A stretch of DNA of 64,000 nt from Bryobacteraceae bacterium (GTDB lineage: Bacteria > Acidobacteriota > Terriglobia > Bryobacterales > Bryobacteraceae), in assembly GCA_036404395.1 (NCBI GenBank), contig DASWZP010000168.1, positions 15,400-79,399 of the forward strand. Direction: 5' to 3'. Position 1 is the first letter of the stretch, and each line of letters begins with the position of its first letter. Made by a program: the position numbers and the translations under genes. Positions 34,767-44,114 of the stretch are shown one piece after another. The notes beneath the pieces were generated by a model. That model was not told the DNA's origin and did no database searches. It was given only the letters and a program-made list of their open reading frames with translations.

Positions 34767-36373
34767 TGGTGCGAGGCAACGCCACCGCAAACGCCGAGCG
34801 GATGAGAGAGCTGGTCCGCAGCCTGCGCGCACTCGAAGCCCGGATCCAGGCAGGCGGCGGCCCGGCCAAAGCCGAGAAACAGCACAAGGCCGGCAAGCTG
34901 ACGGCGCGTGAGCGCATTGCCCGCCTGCTGGATCCAGGCAGCCCATTTCTAGAAGTCGGCCTGCTGGTCGCCTACGACCAATACGAGGGACAAGGCCCGT
35001 GCGCGGGCGTGGTCACCGGCCTCGGGCGCATCGAAGGAAGAGCGGCGGTCGTGGTAGCTAACGACGCCACGGTCAAGGCCGGTTCCTGGTGGCCGGAAAC
35101 CATCACGAAGATCCTGCGCGCGCAGGAAATCGCCATGCGCAACCGCGTTCCGATCGTCTATCTGGTGGACTCGGCGGGCGTGAATCTGCCGCTACAGGAC
35201 GGCATCTTCCCCGGGCAATATGGCGCGGGCCGAATCTTTTATTACAACTCGCTGATGCGCCGGAAACTGCGTGTGCCGCAGGTATCGGCGGTGATGGGCC
35301 CGTGCATCGCGGGCGGTGCTTACCTGCCCGCCCTGAGCGACGTCATCATCATGGTCGAGAACGTCAGTTTCCTGGGACTGGGAGGACCGAACCTGGTGAA
35401 GGGGGCCACCGGCAGCACGGCCGGCTCTGAGGAACTTGGCGGCGCCTCCATGCACACCGTCTCGAGCGGTGTGGCCCATTACAAAGCCGAGGACGATGCG
35501 CATTGCCTGGAGCTGATCCGGCAGGTGTTCCGCGCCTTTCCTCCAGCGCCGCGCGAGGTCACCGGGTGCGCGCCCGCTCTGCCTGCTTCCGAGCTTTACG
35601 AAGCGCTGCCGGCGGACCACCGGCTGCCCTACGACGTGGAGCGCATCATCGGCGCGATTTTCGACCGCGACGACTACCTGGAGTTCCAGCCGGATCATGC
35701 GCCGGAGATGCTGTGCGCGCAGGCACGGCTGAACGGGCGGCCAGTGGCTTTGGTGGCAAACCGGCGTGGCTTCCTGAGAACCGCGGCCGGGCCGCGCGTC
35801 GGCGGCATCGTCTATACCGAATCGGCGCGCAAGGTGGCGTATTTCGTGGACAACGCCGAGCGGCAGAGCTGGCCCTTGATCTACCTGCAGGATGTCTCCG
35901 GCTTCATGGTCGGCGTGGAAGCGGAAGCGAGCGGCATTATTCGCGCGGGGGCGGAGATGGTCGAGACCATGTCCTGCGCGACGGTCCCCAAGATCGTTTT
36001 GACCCTGAACCACGCCAGCGGAGCGGGCTATTACGCGATGGCCGGCCAGGGGTTCGACCCTCACTTCACGCTCGGTTGGCCCACCGCGCGCATCGGGGTG
36101 ATGGAGGGCGAATCGGCGGTACAGGCCGTTTTCGGGGCGGAAATCGAGAAACACAAATCCAACGGGCAGCCGCTGCCGCCGGAGATCGAGCGGCGGATTG
36201 CACAGACGCGCGCCGATTACGACCGCTGGCTGGAGGCGACCTTCGCGGCGGCGCGAGGCCACGTGGACGCGTTAATCGATCCGCTCGAAACCCGCCAGAC
36301 TCTGGCGTTTCTGCTGGAGGTCACGCTCGAGAATCCGAACCGCAGGCCACTGGCGCTGGAGACGCTGTCATGA
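34763..36373 (+). CDS. acyl-CoA carboxylase carboxyltransferase (beta) subunit, MccB/AtuC-like
   Basis: KLTARERIARLLDPGS, VVANDATVKAGSW, two-lobed crotonase-like CT domains. ATGA overlap with the phhA stop. Confidence 0.85.
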   Translation: MMVRGNATANAERMRELVRSLRALEARIQAGGGPAKAEKQHKAGKLTARERIARLLDPGSPFLEVGLLVAYDQYEGQGPCAGVVTGLGRIEGRAAVVVANDATVKAGSWWPETITKILRAQEIAMRNRVPIVYLVDSAGVNLPLQDGIFPGQYGAGRIFYYNSLMRRKLRVPQVSAVMGPCIAGGAYLPALSDVIIMVENVSFLGLGGPNLVKGATGSTAGSEELGGASMHTVSSGVAHYKAEDDAHCLELIRQVFRAFPPAPREVTGCAPALPASELYEALPADHRLPYDVERIIGAIFDRDDYLEFQPDHAPEMLCAQARLNGRPVALVANRRGFLRTAAGPRVGGIVYTESARKVAYFVDNAERQSWPLIYLQDVSGFMVGVEAEASGIIRAGAEMVETMSCATVPKIVLTLNHASGAGYYAMAGQGFDPHFTLGWPTARIGVMEGESAVQAVFGAEIEKHKSNGQPLPPEIERRIAQTRADYDRWLEATFAAARGHVDALIDPLETRQTLAFLLEVTLENPNRRPLALETLS

Positions 36374-37707
36374 TTCGGGTCGCCAATGGGCAGGGTTTCT
36401 GGGGCGATTGGCTGGAGGCGCCAGCGCGGCTGGTGGAGCAAGGCCCGATCGATTACCTGACACTCGACTATCTGGCCGAGGTGACCATGGCCGTGCTCGA
36501 AAAGCAGTGGCAACGAAATCCCGAACTGGGTTACGCGGCCGATTTCCCGCCGCTGATGGAGCGCCTGGCGCCAAAGCTAAAGCAAAAGGGGATTCGCGTG
36601 GTCACCAACGCGGGTGGATTGAATCCCCGCGCGTGCGCCCGCGAGGTGCTGCGCCGCGCGCCCGGATTGAAGGTAGCCATTGTCGAAGGCGACGCGGTGA
36701 CGGCGCGCATCGACGAGTTTCTGGCGAAGGGCTACCGGTTGAACCATATCGATACCGGCGAACCCCTCGACAATGTCCGCGGCAGGATTCTGAGCGCGAA
36801 TGCCTACCTGGGAGCATTCCCGCTCGCACAAGCCCTGACGGCGGGCGCGGACGTGGCGATCTCCGGGCGCTGCGCCGATTCCGCGCTGGTGCTGGCGCCC
36901 TCGATTCACGCCTTCGGGTGGGGAGCCGGCGACTGGGACTTGCTCGCCGCCGGCGCCACGGCGGGGCATATCGTGGAGTGCGGCGCGCAGACCACCGGCG
37001 GCAATTCGCAAGTGGACTGGCGGGAGATTCCCGATTTCGATGAGATCGGCTACCCCATCGCCGAAATCGCCGCCGACGGTAGCTTCGCGATCACCAAGCA
37101 CGCGGGCACCGGCGGGCGCGTGACTGCGGACATCGTCAAGGAACAACTGCTGTACGAGATCGGCGATCCGCGCCGCTATCTGACGCCGGACGTAATCGCC
37201 GATTTCACCGCTCTCCATCTCGCCGACGATGGACCGGACCGGGTCCGCATCACCGGCGCCAGGGGCCGCCAGCGGCCCTCGTGCCTGAAGCTGAGCATCA
37301 ATTACGCGGCGGGCTGGAAGGCCACGGGAATGCTGGTCTACACCGCGCCGGACGCGGTCGCCAAGGCCCAGGCCGCCGATCGGATCGTGCGACGCAGGAT
37401 CGAAAAGCTCGGCCTGCGCTTCGACGAAATCTACACCGAATACCTTGGCTGGAACGCGTGCCATGGAAACGCCGCGCCGGCCGCGTCCGACGTGCCGGAG
37501 GTGCAGTTGCGGATCGGCGTCCGCGGCCAGGACAGAAGCGCCGTGGACCGCTTTACCAGGGAAATGGCGCCGCTGGTTCTCAGCGGCCCGCCCGGCGCCA
37601 CCGGCTACGGCGGCGAAGGGCGCCCTAAGGTACGCGAAGTGATCGGGAATTGGGCAGCGCTGCTTCCCCGCGAGGAGATCCGTCCCAGCGTCGAGGTTTT
37701 CGGATGA
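36370..37707 (+). CDS. AtuA-family protein (DUF1446)
   Basis: MIRVANGQGFWGDW...IDYLTLDYLAEVTM...VVTNAGGLNP. The ATG at 36370 forms an ATGA overlap with the carboxyltransferase. The track merges this gene into a 734-aa ORF. Confidence 0.78.
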   Translation: MIRVANGQGFWGDWLEAPARLVEQGPIDYLTLDYLAEVTMAVLEKQWQRNPELGYAADFPPLMERLAPKLKQKGIRVVTNAGGLNPRACAREVLRRAPGLKVAIVEGDAVTARIDEFLAKGYRLNHIDTGEPLDNVRGRILSANAYLGAFPLAQALTAGADVAISGRCADSALVLAPSIHAFGWGAGDWDLLAAGATAGHIVECGAQTTGGNSQVDWREIPDFDEIGYPIAEIAADGSFAITKHAGTGGRVTADIVKEQLLYEIGDPRRYLTPDVIADFTALHLADDGPDRVRITGARGRQRPSCLKLSINYAAGWKATGMLVYTAPDAVAKAQAADRIVRRRIEKLGLRFDEIYTEYLGWNACHGNAAPAASDVPEVQLRIGVRGQDRSAVDRFTREMAPLVLSGPPGATGYGGEGRPKVREVIGNWAALLPREEIRPSVEVFG

Positions 37708-38021
37708 AGGCGCCGCTCTCACAAATCGCCCACACGCGCTCCGGCGACAAAGGCGACACGGTCAATATCGGCGTAATCGCCTGGCGCGCCGCGGACTACC
37801 CAACCCTGGTGCGTGAAGTGACCGCGCATCGCGTGTTCGAGTTCTTTAAGGATCGTATAGTCGGACCCGTCGAGCGCTTCGAAGCGCCGAACCTGGGCGC
37901 GCTCAACTTCCTGTTGCACGGCGCGCTGGGCGGTGGCGGCACGGTTTCGCTGCGTATCGATTCGCAGGGAAAAGCTTTCGGCGCGGCGCTGCTGCGGATG
38001 GAGATCGAAATCGATGAGTGA
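37704..38021 (+). CDS. small AtuA-companion protein (DUF4387-like)
   Basis: MKAPLSQIAHTRSGDKGDTVNIGVIA... ATGA overlap with the DUF1446 gene. Together the two genes correspond to a split AtuA. Confidence 0.7.
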   Translation: MKAPLSQIAHTRSGDKGDTVNIGVIAWRAADYPTLVREVTAHRVFEFFKDRIVGPVERFEAPNLGALNFLLHGALGGGGTVSLRIDSQGKAFGAALLRMEIEIDE

Positions 38022-38784
38022 AAAACTGATCGTGCGGCGCGAGGGGCGCGTGGCGCGCCTCACGCTGAACCGCCCGGAGGCGCGAAACGCGCTCGATTCC
38101 CAGCTCTGCGCCGCGCTGCACCGCGCACTCGAGGAAGCCAACGCCGACGCGACCGCCGGTTCCATTCTCCTCGATGCGGCCGGCTCCGCATTCTGCGCCG
38201 GCATGGACCTCAAAGAGCCAGCGGCGCTCGATTCCGCTTCGCTTCCGCCGCTGCACGTGGATCTGTTCTCGTTCGGCCGCAACCTGACTAAGCCGATGGT
38301 AGCGGCCGTTCAAGGGCCCGCTCTCGGCGGCGGCGCCGGCCTGGCATTGAATGCGCACATCGTGCTCGCCGCCGATAGTGCCCGGTTCGGGCTGACCGAG
38401 ACCCGCATCGGACTCTGGCCCTACGCAATTTTCCCGGTAGTGGCGGCGGCGGTCGGCAGGCGTAAAGCGGCGGAGCTGGCAATCACGGGCCGCATCATCG
38501 GCGCAGCCGAGGCAGCGGCGCTCGGCATGGCGGATGAAGTGGTCCCCGCCGAGAGCCTGGCGGCTCGCGCGATGGAGTTGGCGAGCCAGCTCGCGCGAGG
38601 CAGCAGCGACGCACTGGCCGCCGGGCTGGGTTTCCTGCGGGACACAGAGGGCTTGCCTCCGGAGGAGATTCACCGGCTGGCGGCCGAGCGCCGACTGGAG
38701 GCGCAGCGGACCGCCGATTTTCGGGAGGGAGTGGAAGCGTTCCGGCAAAAGCGCGAGCCCGTATGGCCATCACATCGTTCGTAA
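38014..38784 (+). CDS. enoyl-CoA hydratase/isomerase (crotonase) family protein
   Basis: RVARLTLNRPEARNAL, AFCAGMDLKE, GPALGGGAGLAL. Overlaps the upstream gene by 8 nt. Confidence 0.85.
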   Translation: MSEKLIVRREGRVARLTLNRPEARNALDSQLCAALHRALEEANADATAGSILLDAAGSAFCAGMDLKEPAALDSASLPPLHVDLFSFGRNLTKPMVAAVQGPALGGGAGLALNAHIVLAADSARFGLTETRIGLWPYAIFPVVAAAVGRRKAAELAITGRIIGAAEAAALGMADEVVPAESLAARAMELASQLARGSSDALAAGLGFLRDTEGLPPEEIHRLAAERRLEAQRTADFREGVEAFRQKREPVWPSHRS

Positions 38785-38795
38785 CGGTTCTTGCC

Positions 38796-38830
38796 GGTAA
38801 CGCGGGCGGTCTTGCCGCCGGTGTTTTGTT
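38796..38830 (+). terminator. family F3 hairpin followed by TTTTGTT (probable terminator after the crotonase gene)
   Basis: GGTAACGCGGGCGG-TCTTG-CCGCCGGTG-TTTTGTT. Confidence 0.55.
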
Positions 38831-38902
38831 ACATCGATTCGCTGGGTTGAAGACGCGAAGCGGCTGGGAACCGCTCGCCGAAAGGGGTTAGGGAGGGGAC
38901 AA

Positions 38903-40078
38903 ATGAGCGCCAGTCACGCTGCGCTGGAAACGCGCGCGATATTTCCATACTTCAACGAGGAGCACAAGCTGTTCCGCGCCTCGGTTAAGGAATTCTGTAA
39001 ACGCGAGATCGCTCCCCGGTCCCAGCAGTGGGAAGAGGATCATCACTACCCCAAGGAGATCTTCCGCCGGGCCGGAGCGCTGGGGCTCTTCGGCATCCGT
39101 AGCGATCCCGACTGGGGCGGAGCGGGCATGGACTGGTGGGCCAGCGCGGCCGCGTACGATGCACTGCGCTATACCGACTTCCCCAGCCTCAACATCGGCT
39201 TCATGGTGCAGGCCGACCTAACCATCCCCATGATCGAACACCTCGGGACCAGCGAGCAGAAACGGGAATTCCTGGCTCCGGCAATCGCCGCGGACCGCAT
39301 CGCGGCGCTGGGCATCAGCGAACCCGGCTGCGGCTCCGACGTGGCCGGGATCCAGTGCAGCGCGCGGGAATCCGGCGGCGACCTGATCGTCAACGGGCAG
39401 AAGCTGTGGATCACCAACGGCGCCATCGCCGACTTTATCGTATTGGCCGTGCGCACCGCAGAAAACCGGCACAAGGGCATTTCCATCGTGCTCTTTCCGA
39501 CCGACGTTGCGGGGTTCAGCGTGGGCCGCCGCGTCAGCAAAGTCGGTCACGTAGCGTCCGATACGGCGCATTTGTTTTTCGACGAATGCCGGATTCCGGC
39601 GCGGTACATCCTGGGCGAGCGCAACCACGGCTTCTATTACGTGGTGCGCAATTTCCAGGGCGAGCGCGTGGCGCTGACTCTCCTGGTGCTGGCCTTCATG
39701 GATCGCGCCATCGAGCTGGCGGTCGATTACGCACGCGAGCGCAAGGCTTTCGGCGTTCCTCTGATCGAAAAGCAAGTATGGAAGCATCGCTTCGCCGAGC
39801 ACGTCGCGAACATCGAAGCCGCACGCTGGCTCACCTATCGGGCGCTCGATCTCCTGAACCGCAACGAAAAACCGGAAAGCGCCGTGGCGATGGCGAAACT
39901 CGTGGTGTGCGACCTGGCACAGAAAGTCACCTATGACTGCATGCAGGTTTTCGGCGGCTTTGGCTATACCACGGAATACCCCATCGGCCGCATCTGGCGT
40001 GACATGCGGCTCTACACCATCGGCGGCGGCACCAGCGAAATCATGAAGGAGATCATCGCCAAGCACCAAGGCTACTAA
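38903..40078 (+). CDS. acyl-CoA dehydrogenase
   Basis: [12 protein letters not shown], the [13 protein letters not shown] motif, the IGGGTSEI motif. 391 aa. Confidence 0.9.
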   Translation: MSASHAALETRAIFPYFNEEHKLFRASVKEFCKREIAPRSQQWEEDHHYPKEIFRRAGALGLFGIRSDPDWGGAGMDWWASAAAYDALRYTDFPSLNIGFMVQADLTIPMIEHLGTSEQKREFLAPAIAADRIAALGISEPGCGSDVAGIQCSARESGGDLIVNGQKLWITNGAIADFIVLAVRTAENRHKGISIVLFPTDVAGFSVGRRVSKVGHVASDTAHLFFDECRIPARYILGERNHGFYYVVRNFQGERVALTLLVLAFMDRAIELAVDYARERKAFGVPLIEKQVWKHRFAEHVANIEAARWLTYRALDLLNRNEKPESAVAMAKLVVCDLAQKVTYDCMQVFGGFGYTTEYPIGRIWRDMRLYTIGGGTSEIMKEIIAKHQGY

Positions 40079-40118
40079 GAGCCTGTCAGGAAACAACCAT
40101 GCCAAGTTCTGGTGAACA

Positions 40119-40236
40119 ACGTGGCGCACGCACTCGTCGGTGCCGTGTCGAGACTCTTCTCGACACCTAGTCGCCCATGCGATGCCCTGCGTCGGCACGA
40201 GTGCCGACGCGGCACGCATGAGTGCGTGCGCCACGT
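40119..40236. other. 118-nt highly structured element (three-way junction): candidate ncRNA or MITE
   Basis: Perfect 17-bp closing stem (40119-40135 with 40220-40236), a 6-bp extension (40140-45 with 40210-15), and inner hairpins at 40146-40165 and 40190-40209. Confidence 0.7.
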
Positions 40237-40265
40237 CGGAGAATGGGATCATAAATAGCGTGAGA

Positions 40266-40631
40266 ATGGACAAGTGGCTTTGGGCCGCCCGATTCTTCAA
40301 GACGCGTTCGCTCGCGGCGCGAGCATGCGATCTCGGCAGGATTGGGTCCAACGGACAACCGGCCAAGCCTGCCCGCGAGGTCCGAATCGGCGACTCGTTG
40401 CAAGTGAAGAACGCGACCGGCGACTTTCGGGTGGAGGTTCTGGGGCTTAGTGAGATGCGCGGCCCGGCGGTGGTTGCGCAAATGCTCTATCGTGAGAGCG
40501 AGGAGAGCCGGGAATTGCGGTTAAGGCTGGCAGAGGAGCGCAAATCGATGCCGCACTTCGAAACTTTGCGGGAAGGCAAGCCATCGAAGCGCGATCGCCG
40601 CCAAATCGACCGGCTTCGGCGCAGAGTCTGA
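40266..40631 (+). CDS. hslR: S4-domain ribosome-associated heat-shock protein Hsp15-like
   Basis: MDKWLWAARFFKTRSLAARACDLGRI..NG..AKPAREV..GD.L is the Hsp15/S4 N-terminus. Basic C-terminal tail. Confidence 0.75.
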   Translation: MDKWLWAARFFKTRSLAARACDLGRIGSNGQPAKPAREVRIGDSLQVKNATGDFRVEVLGLSEMRGPAVVAQMLYRESEESRELRLRLAEERKSMPHFETLREGKPSKRDRRQIDRLRRRV

Positions 40632-40749
40632 CCACGGAAGAGAAGCAGTCTGGTCGAGCTTTCACGCCGGGCCAGATGTGGGCTTCTTAGCACCAAAACC
40701 AGACAATCCCAGAGGCTATCATAGGTTAGTCCGGAGGATATCCACAGCT

Positions 40750-42147
40750 ATGAGCGACGACGCTACCATCCACCGCATCCAGCGGGGACACGAGATGACA
40801 CGGGTGCTGCGCCCCATGTACGCGCGCCGGCAGTTGCTGGGGCCGACGCCGCGCCACGCCATGCCCGAGGACGGCATGCCGCCGGACACCGCCTACCAGT
40901 TGATCCACGACGAACTGATTCTCGACGGCAGCTCGCGCTTCAATCTGGCCACCTTCTGCGGCACGTGGATGGAGCAGGAAGCGCGGCACCTGATGTCGGA
41001 GACGTTCGACAAGAACATGATCGACAAGGACGAGTACCCGCAGACAGCCGAGCTGGAGATGCGTTGCGTGCACATGCTGGCCGATCTGTGGCATGCTCCC
41101 GATCCCGCTGGCACGCTGGGCACATCCACCATCGGATCCAGCGAAGCGTGCATGCTGGGCGGCCTCGCGCTGAAGTGGCGCTGGCGCGAACGGATGCGCA
41201 AGCTGGGAAAGCCGGTGGATCGTCCCAACCTGGTGCTCGGCACCAACACGCAAGTTTGCTGGCACAAGTTCGCGCGGTATTGGGACGTGGAGGAGAGGCA
41301 AGTACCGCTCGAAGGCAATCATTCCGTCACCGATCCGGAACGCGCCGCGGCGGCCTGTGACGAGAACACCATCGGCGTGGTGAGCGTGCTGGGCAGCACT
41401 TTCACCGGCGAATACGAGAATGTCGGCGCGTTAAGCGCGGCGCTCGACCTGTTGCAGGAAATAACGGGCCTGGACATTCCCATCCATGTGGATGGCGCGA
41501 GCGGCGCTTTCGTGGCGCCCTTCATCCAGCCCGACCTGTTGTGGGATTTTCGGCTGCCGCGCGTGAAATCCGTCAACACGTCCGGGCACAAGTATGGGTT
41601 GGTCTACCCGGGCGTGGGCTGGATCGTCTGGCGCGAAGCGGCGGATCTCGATCCGGACCTGATCTTCAACGTGGATTACCTCGGCGGCACCATGCCTACG
41701 CTGGCCATCAATTTTTCGCGCCCGGCCAGCCAGGTGGTGGCTCAGTATTACAACCTGATCCGGCTCGGTAAGTCGGGTTATCGCGCTATCCACCAGGCGT
41801 GTCAGGACGTCGCCGTCCGCCTCGCGAAGAACATCGCCGAGCTCGGTCCGTTCGAGCTGCTCAGCGACGGCCGGGACCTCCCCGTATTCGCGTGGACTCT
41901 GAAGGAGTCGACGCACTGGTCGCTGTACGATCTGGCGGACAGGCTCCGCGACCGCGGCTGGCAGGTGCCCGCGTACCGCATGCCTGCCAAGCGGCAGGAC
42001 TTGGTGGTGCAGCGCATCGTGGTGCGTAACGGCTTCACCCACGATCTGGCCGACATGCTGCTGCGCGACATCCGTCGGCACCTCGATTGGTTCGCCGGGC
42101 AGCCCGGTCTCACACCGACGATGGATGGCGCAGGCTTTCATCACTGA
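40750..42147 (+). CDS. glutamate decarboxylase (PLP, group II)
   Basis: FDKNMIDKDEYPQTAELEMRCV, SEACMLGG, the PLP-lysine motif SGHKYGLVYPGVGWIVWR. I chose the ATG at 40750, downstream of a GGAGGA. Confidence 0.88.
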   Translation: MSDDATIHRIQRGHEMTRVLRPMYARRQLLGPTPRHAMPEDGMPPDTAYQLIHDELILDGSSRFNLATFCGTWMEQEARHLMSETFDKNMIDKDEYPQTAELEMRCVHMLADLWHAPDPAGTLGTSTIGSSEACMLGGLALKWRWRERMRKLGKPVDRPNLVLGTNTQVCWHKFARYWDVEERQVPLEGNHSVTDPERAAAACDENTIGVVSVLGSTFTGEYENVGALSAALDLLQEITGLDIPIHVDGASGAFVAPFIQPDLLWDFRLPRVKSVNTSGHKYGLVYPGVGWIVWREAADLDPDLIFNVDYLGGTMPTLAINFSRPASQVVAQYYNLIRLGKSGYRAIHQACQDVAVRLAKNIAELGPFELLSDGRDLPVFAWTLKESTHWSLYDLADRLRDRGWQVPAYRMPAKRQDLVVQRIVVRNGFTHDLADMLLRDIRRHLDWFAGQPGLTPTMDGAGFHH

Positions 42148-42201
42148 GGCAGGGCCCCGAGGACGCATGGAAGCTGGTTTGCATTGGGGGAGAATAGGCC
42201 A

Positions 42202-44070
42202 ATGAGCCTCACGGATTTGCTGCTGGGCCGCCCGCTTGCGACTGAGGAAGAGAAGGCCGAACGGATAGCGCCCGGTAAGGGCATTCCCATTTTCGGACTG
42301 GATGCGCTCAGCTCCGCCGCTTACGGCCCGGAGGCGGCGCTGACGCTGTTGATTCCTCTGGGAATGGCCGGCGTGGCTTACATAGTCCCCATCAGCATCA
42401 GTATCATCATCCTGCTCGGCATCGTATATTTCTCCTACCGCCAGACCATCATGGCGTATCCGCAGGGCGGCGGATCGTACACAGTTGCCAGCGAAAACCT
42501 GGGTGTGTGGGCCGGACTATTGGCCGCCGCCTCGCTGATGGTGGATTACGTCCTGACGGCAGCCGTGGGCATTTCGGCTGGCGTGGGCGCCCTGATTTCC
42601 GCCGTGCCCTCGCTGGAGAAACACACGCTGGCTTTATGCCTGGCGATTCTGATCGTAGTAACGCTGGTGAATCTGCGGGGCGTCAGCGCCACCGGCGGCA
42701 TCTTCCTTGCTCCGACATATCTGTTCATCTTCTGCCTGCTGGCGATGATTGCGCTGGGCGTCATTAAAACGCTGCTGGCCGGCGGACATCCCGTCCCCGT
42801 GGTCGCACCGCCCCACCTGAGCGGCGCCACCGAAGCTCTGGGCATTTGGCTGCTGCTACGAGCCTTCGCCAGCGGCTGCACGGCGATGACCGGCGTGGAA
42901 GCCGTCAGCAACGGCGTGATGGCTTTCAAGGAACCGGCCTGCGTCACGGCCCGTTTCACCCTTACCCTGGTAATCGGAATTCTCATGGTGATGCTGGCCG
43001 GCATCGCATTCCTTTCGAAGGTGTATGGCGTCGCGGCTACGCTTCCCGGCGAGGTGGGCTATCGAAGCGTGCTCTCACAGTTGCTTGCCGCCATCACCGG
43101 AAACGGCGTCTTCTATGGCGTGAGCATTGGGTCGATTCTGGTGGTTCTGGCGTTGTCGGCGAACACGGCCTTCGCCGACTTTCCGCGCCTGTCCCGGGCC
43201 ATTGCGGAGAACGGTTTCCTGCCGCATGGCCTGGCGATCCGCGGCCGCCGGCTGGTTTATACCCAGGGGGTCTACGCGCTGGCGCTGTTGGCCGGCGCGC
43301 TGCTGATCGTATTCGGCGGAGTTACCGACCACCTGATTCCACTCTATGCGGTGGGCGCATTCCTGGCCTTCACACTCTCCCAGGCCGGCATGGTGATGCA
43401 CTGGAAGCGCGTGGGAGGCCCTGGCTCGAACAAAAGCATGCTCGTGAACGGAGTGGGAGCCTTGGCGACGGGGCTCACGGTGATCGTCGTACTGATCGCC
43501 AAGTTCACCGAAGGCGCTTGGATTACGCTCCTCTTGATTCCCGGGCTCATCACGATGATGCGAGTGGTAAAGCGCCATTACAAGCATGTGGCCGAGGAGG
43601 TCAATATTGATGCGCGGTTGAACATCGCGGACATAGCCCCGCCGCTGATTGTAATCACCGTCGACCGTTGGAGCCGCATTACGCAGAAAGCTCTGCGCTT
43701 CGCGATGGCGATCTCACCCGACATCCTGGCAGTGCACGTAGTGAGCGACCAGGAGCCGGACTCGCTCGCGAGCCACTGGGAGGATTTGGTGGAGCAACCC
43801 TCGCGCCAGGCCGGCTTGGCTGGGCCGGGCCTGGTGGTTCTCAAATCGCCTTACCGATTCGTGATCCGGCCGATCCTGAACTACGTGCTCGATCTGGAAA
43901 AGACCCACCCACGGCGGCAGATTGCAGTACTGATCCCCGAGTTAGTGGAGCGCCGCTGGTACCTGAATCTGCTGCATAACCATCGCTCTGAAGTGCTGAA
44001 AGCCCTGCTCCTGTTCCAAGGCGAGAGGCGGATCACAGTGATCAATATCCCTTGGTATCTGCCCGACTGA
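42202..44070 (+). CDS. APC-superfamily permease with a C-terminal cytoplasmic domain (KimA-like architecture)
   Basis: LLGRPLATEEE...GLDALSSAAYGPEAAL resembles the KimA-type N-terminus. About 12 TM segments, then a soluble tail of roughly 170 aa. Confidence 0.7.
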   Translation: MSLTDLLLGRPLATEEEKAERIAPGKGIPIFGLDALSSAAYGPEAALTLLIPLGMAGVAYIVPISISIIILLGIVYFSYRQTIMAYPQGGGSYTVASENLGVWAGLLAAASLMVDYVLTAAVGISAGVGALISAVPSLEKHTLALCLAILIVVTLVNLRGVSATGGIFLAPTYLFIFCLLAMIALGVIKTLLAGGHPVPVVAPPHLSGATEALGIWLLLRAFASGCTAMTGVEAVSNGVMAFKEPACVTARFTLTLVIGILMVMLAGIAFLSKVYGVAATLPGEVGYRSVLSQLLAAITGNGVFYGVSIGSILVVLALSANTAFADFPRLSRAIAENGFLPHGLAIRGRRLVYTQGVYALALLAGALLIVFGGVTDHLIPLYAVGAFLAFTLSQAGMVMHWKRVGGPGSNKSMLVNGVGALATGLTVIVVLIAKFTEGAWITLLLIPGLITMMRVVKRHYKHVAEEVNIDARLNIADIAPPLIVITVDRWSRITQKALRFAMAISPDILAVHVVSDQEPDSLASHWEDLVEQPSRQAGLAGPGLVVLKSPYRFVIRPILNYVLDLEKTHPRRQIAVLIPELVERRWYLNLLHNHRSEVLKALLLFQGERRITVINIPWYLPD

Positions 44071-44114
44071 GCCCGGCACCGGAGACTCAAAGGCTGTCGG
44101 ACACTCCGTCGAAC

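Noticed and set aside
35503-36369. N-terminal 289 residues of the 734-aa track ORF that is fused to the AtuA-like gene.
   Set aside because: This part lies out of frame inside the carboxyltransferase gene and is Arg/Gly-rich. The AtuA-like sequence begins at the ATG at 36370 (MIRVANGQGFWGDW), which forms an ATGA overlap with the carboxyltransferase stop.
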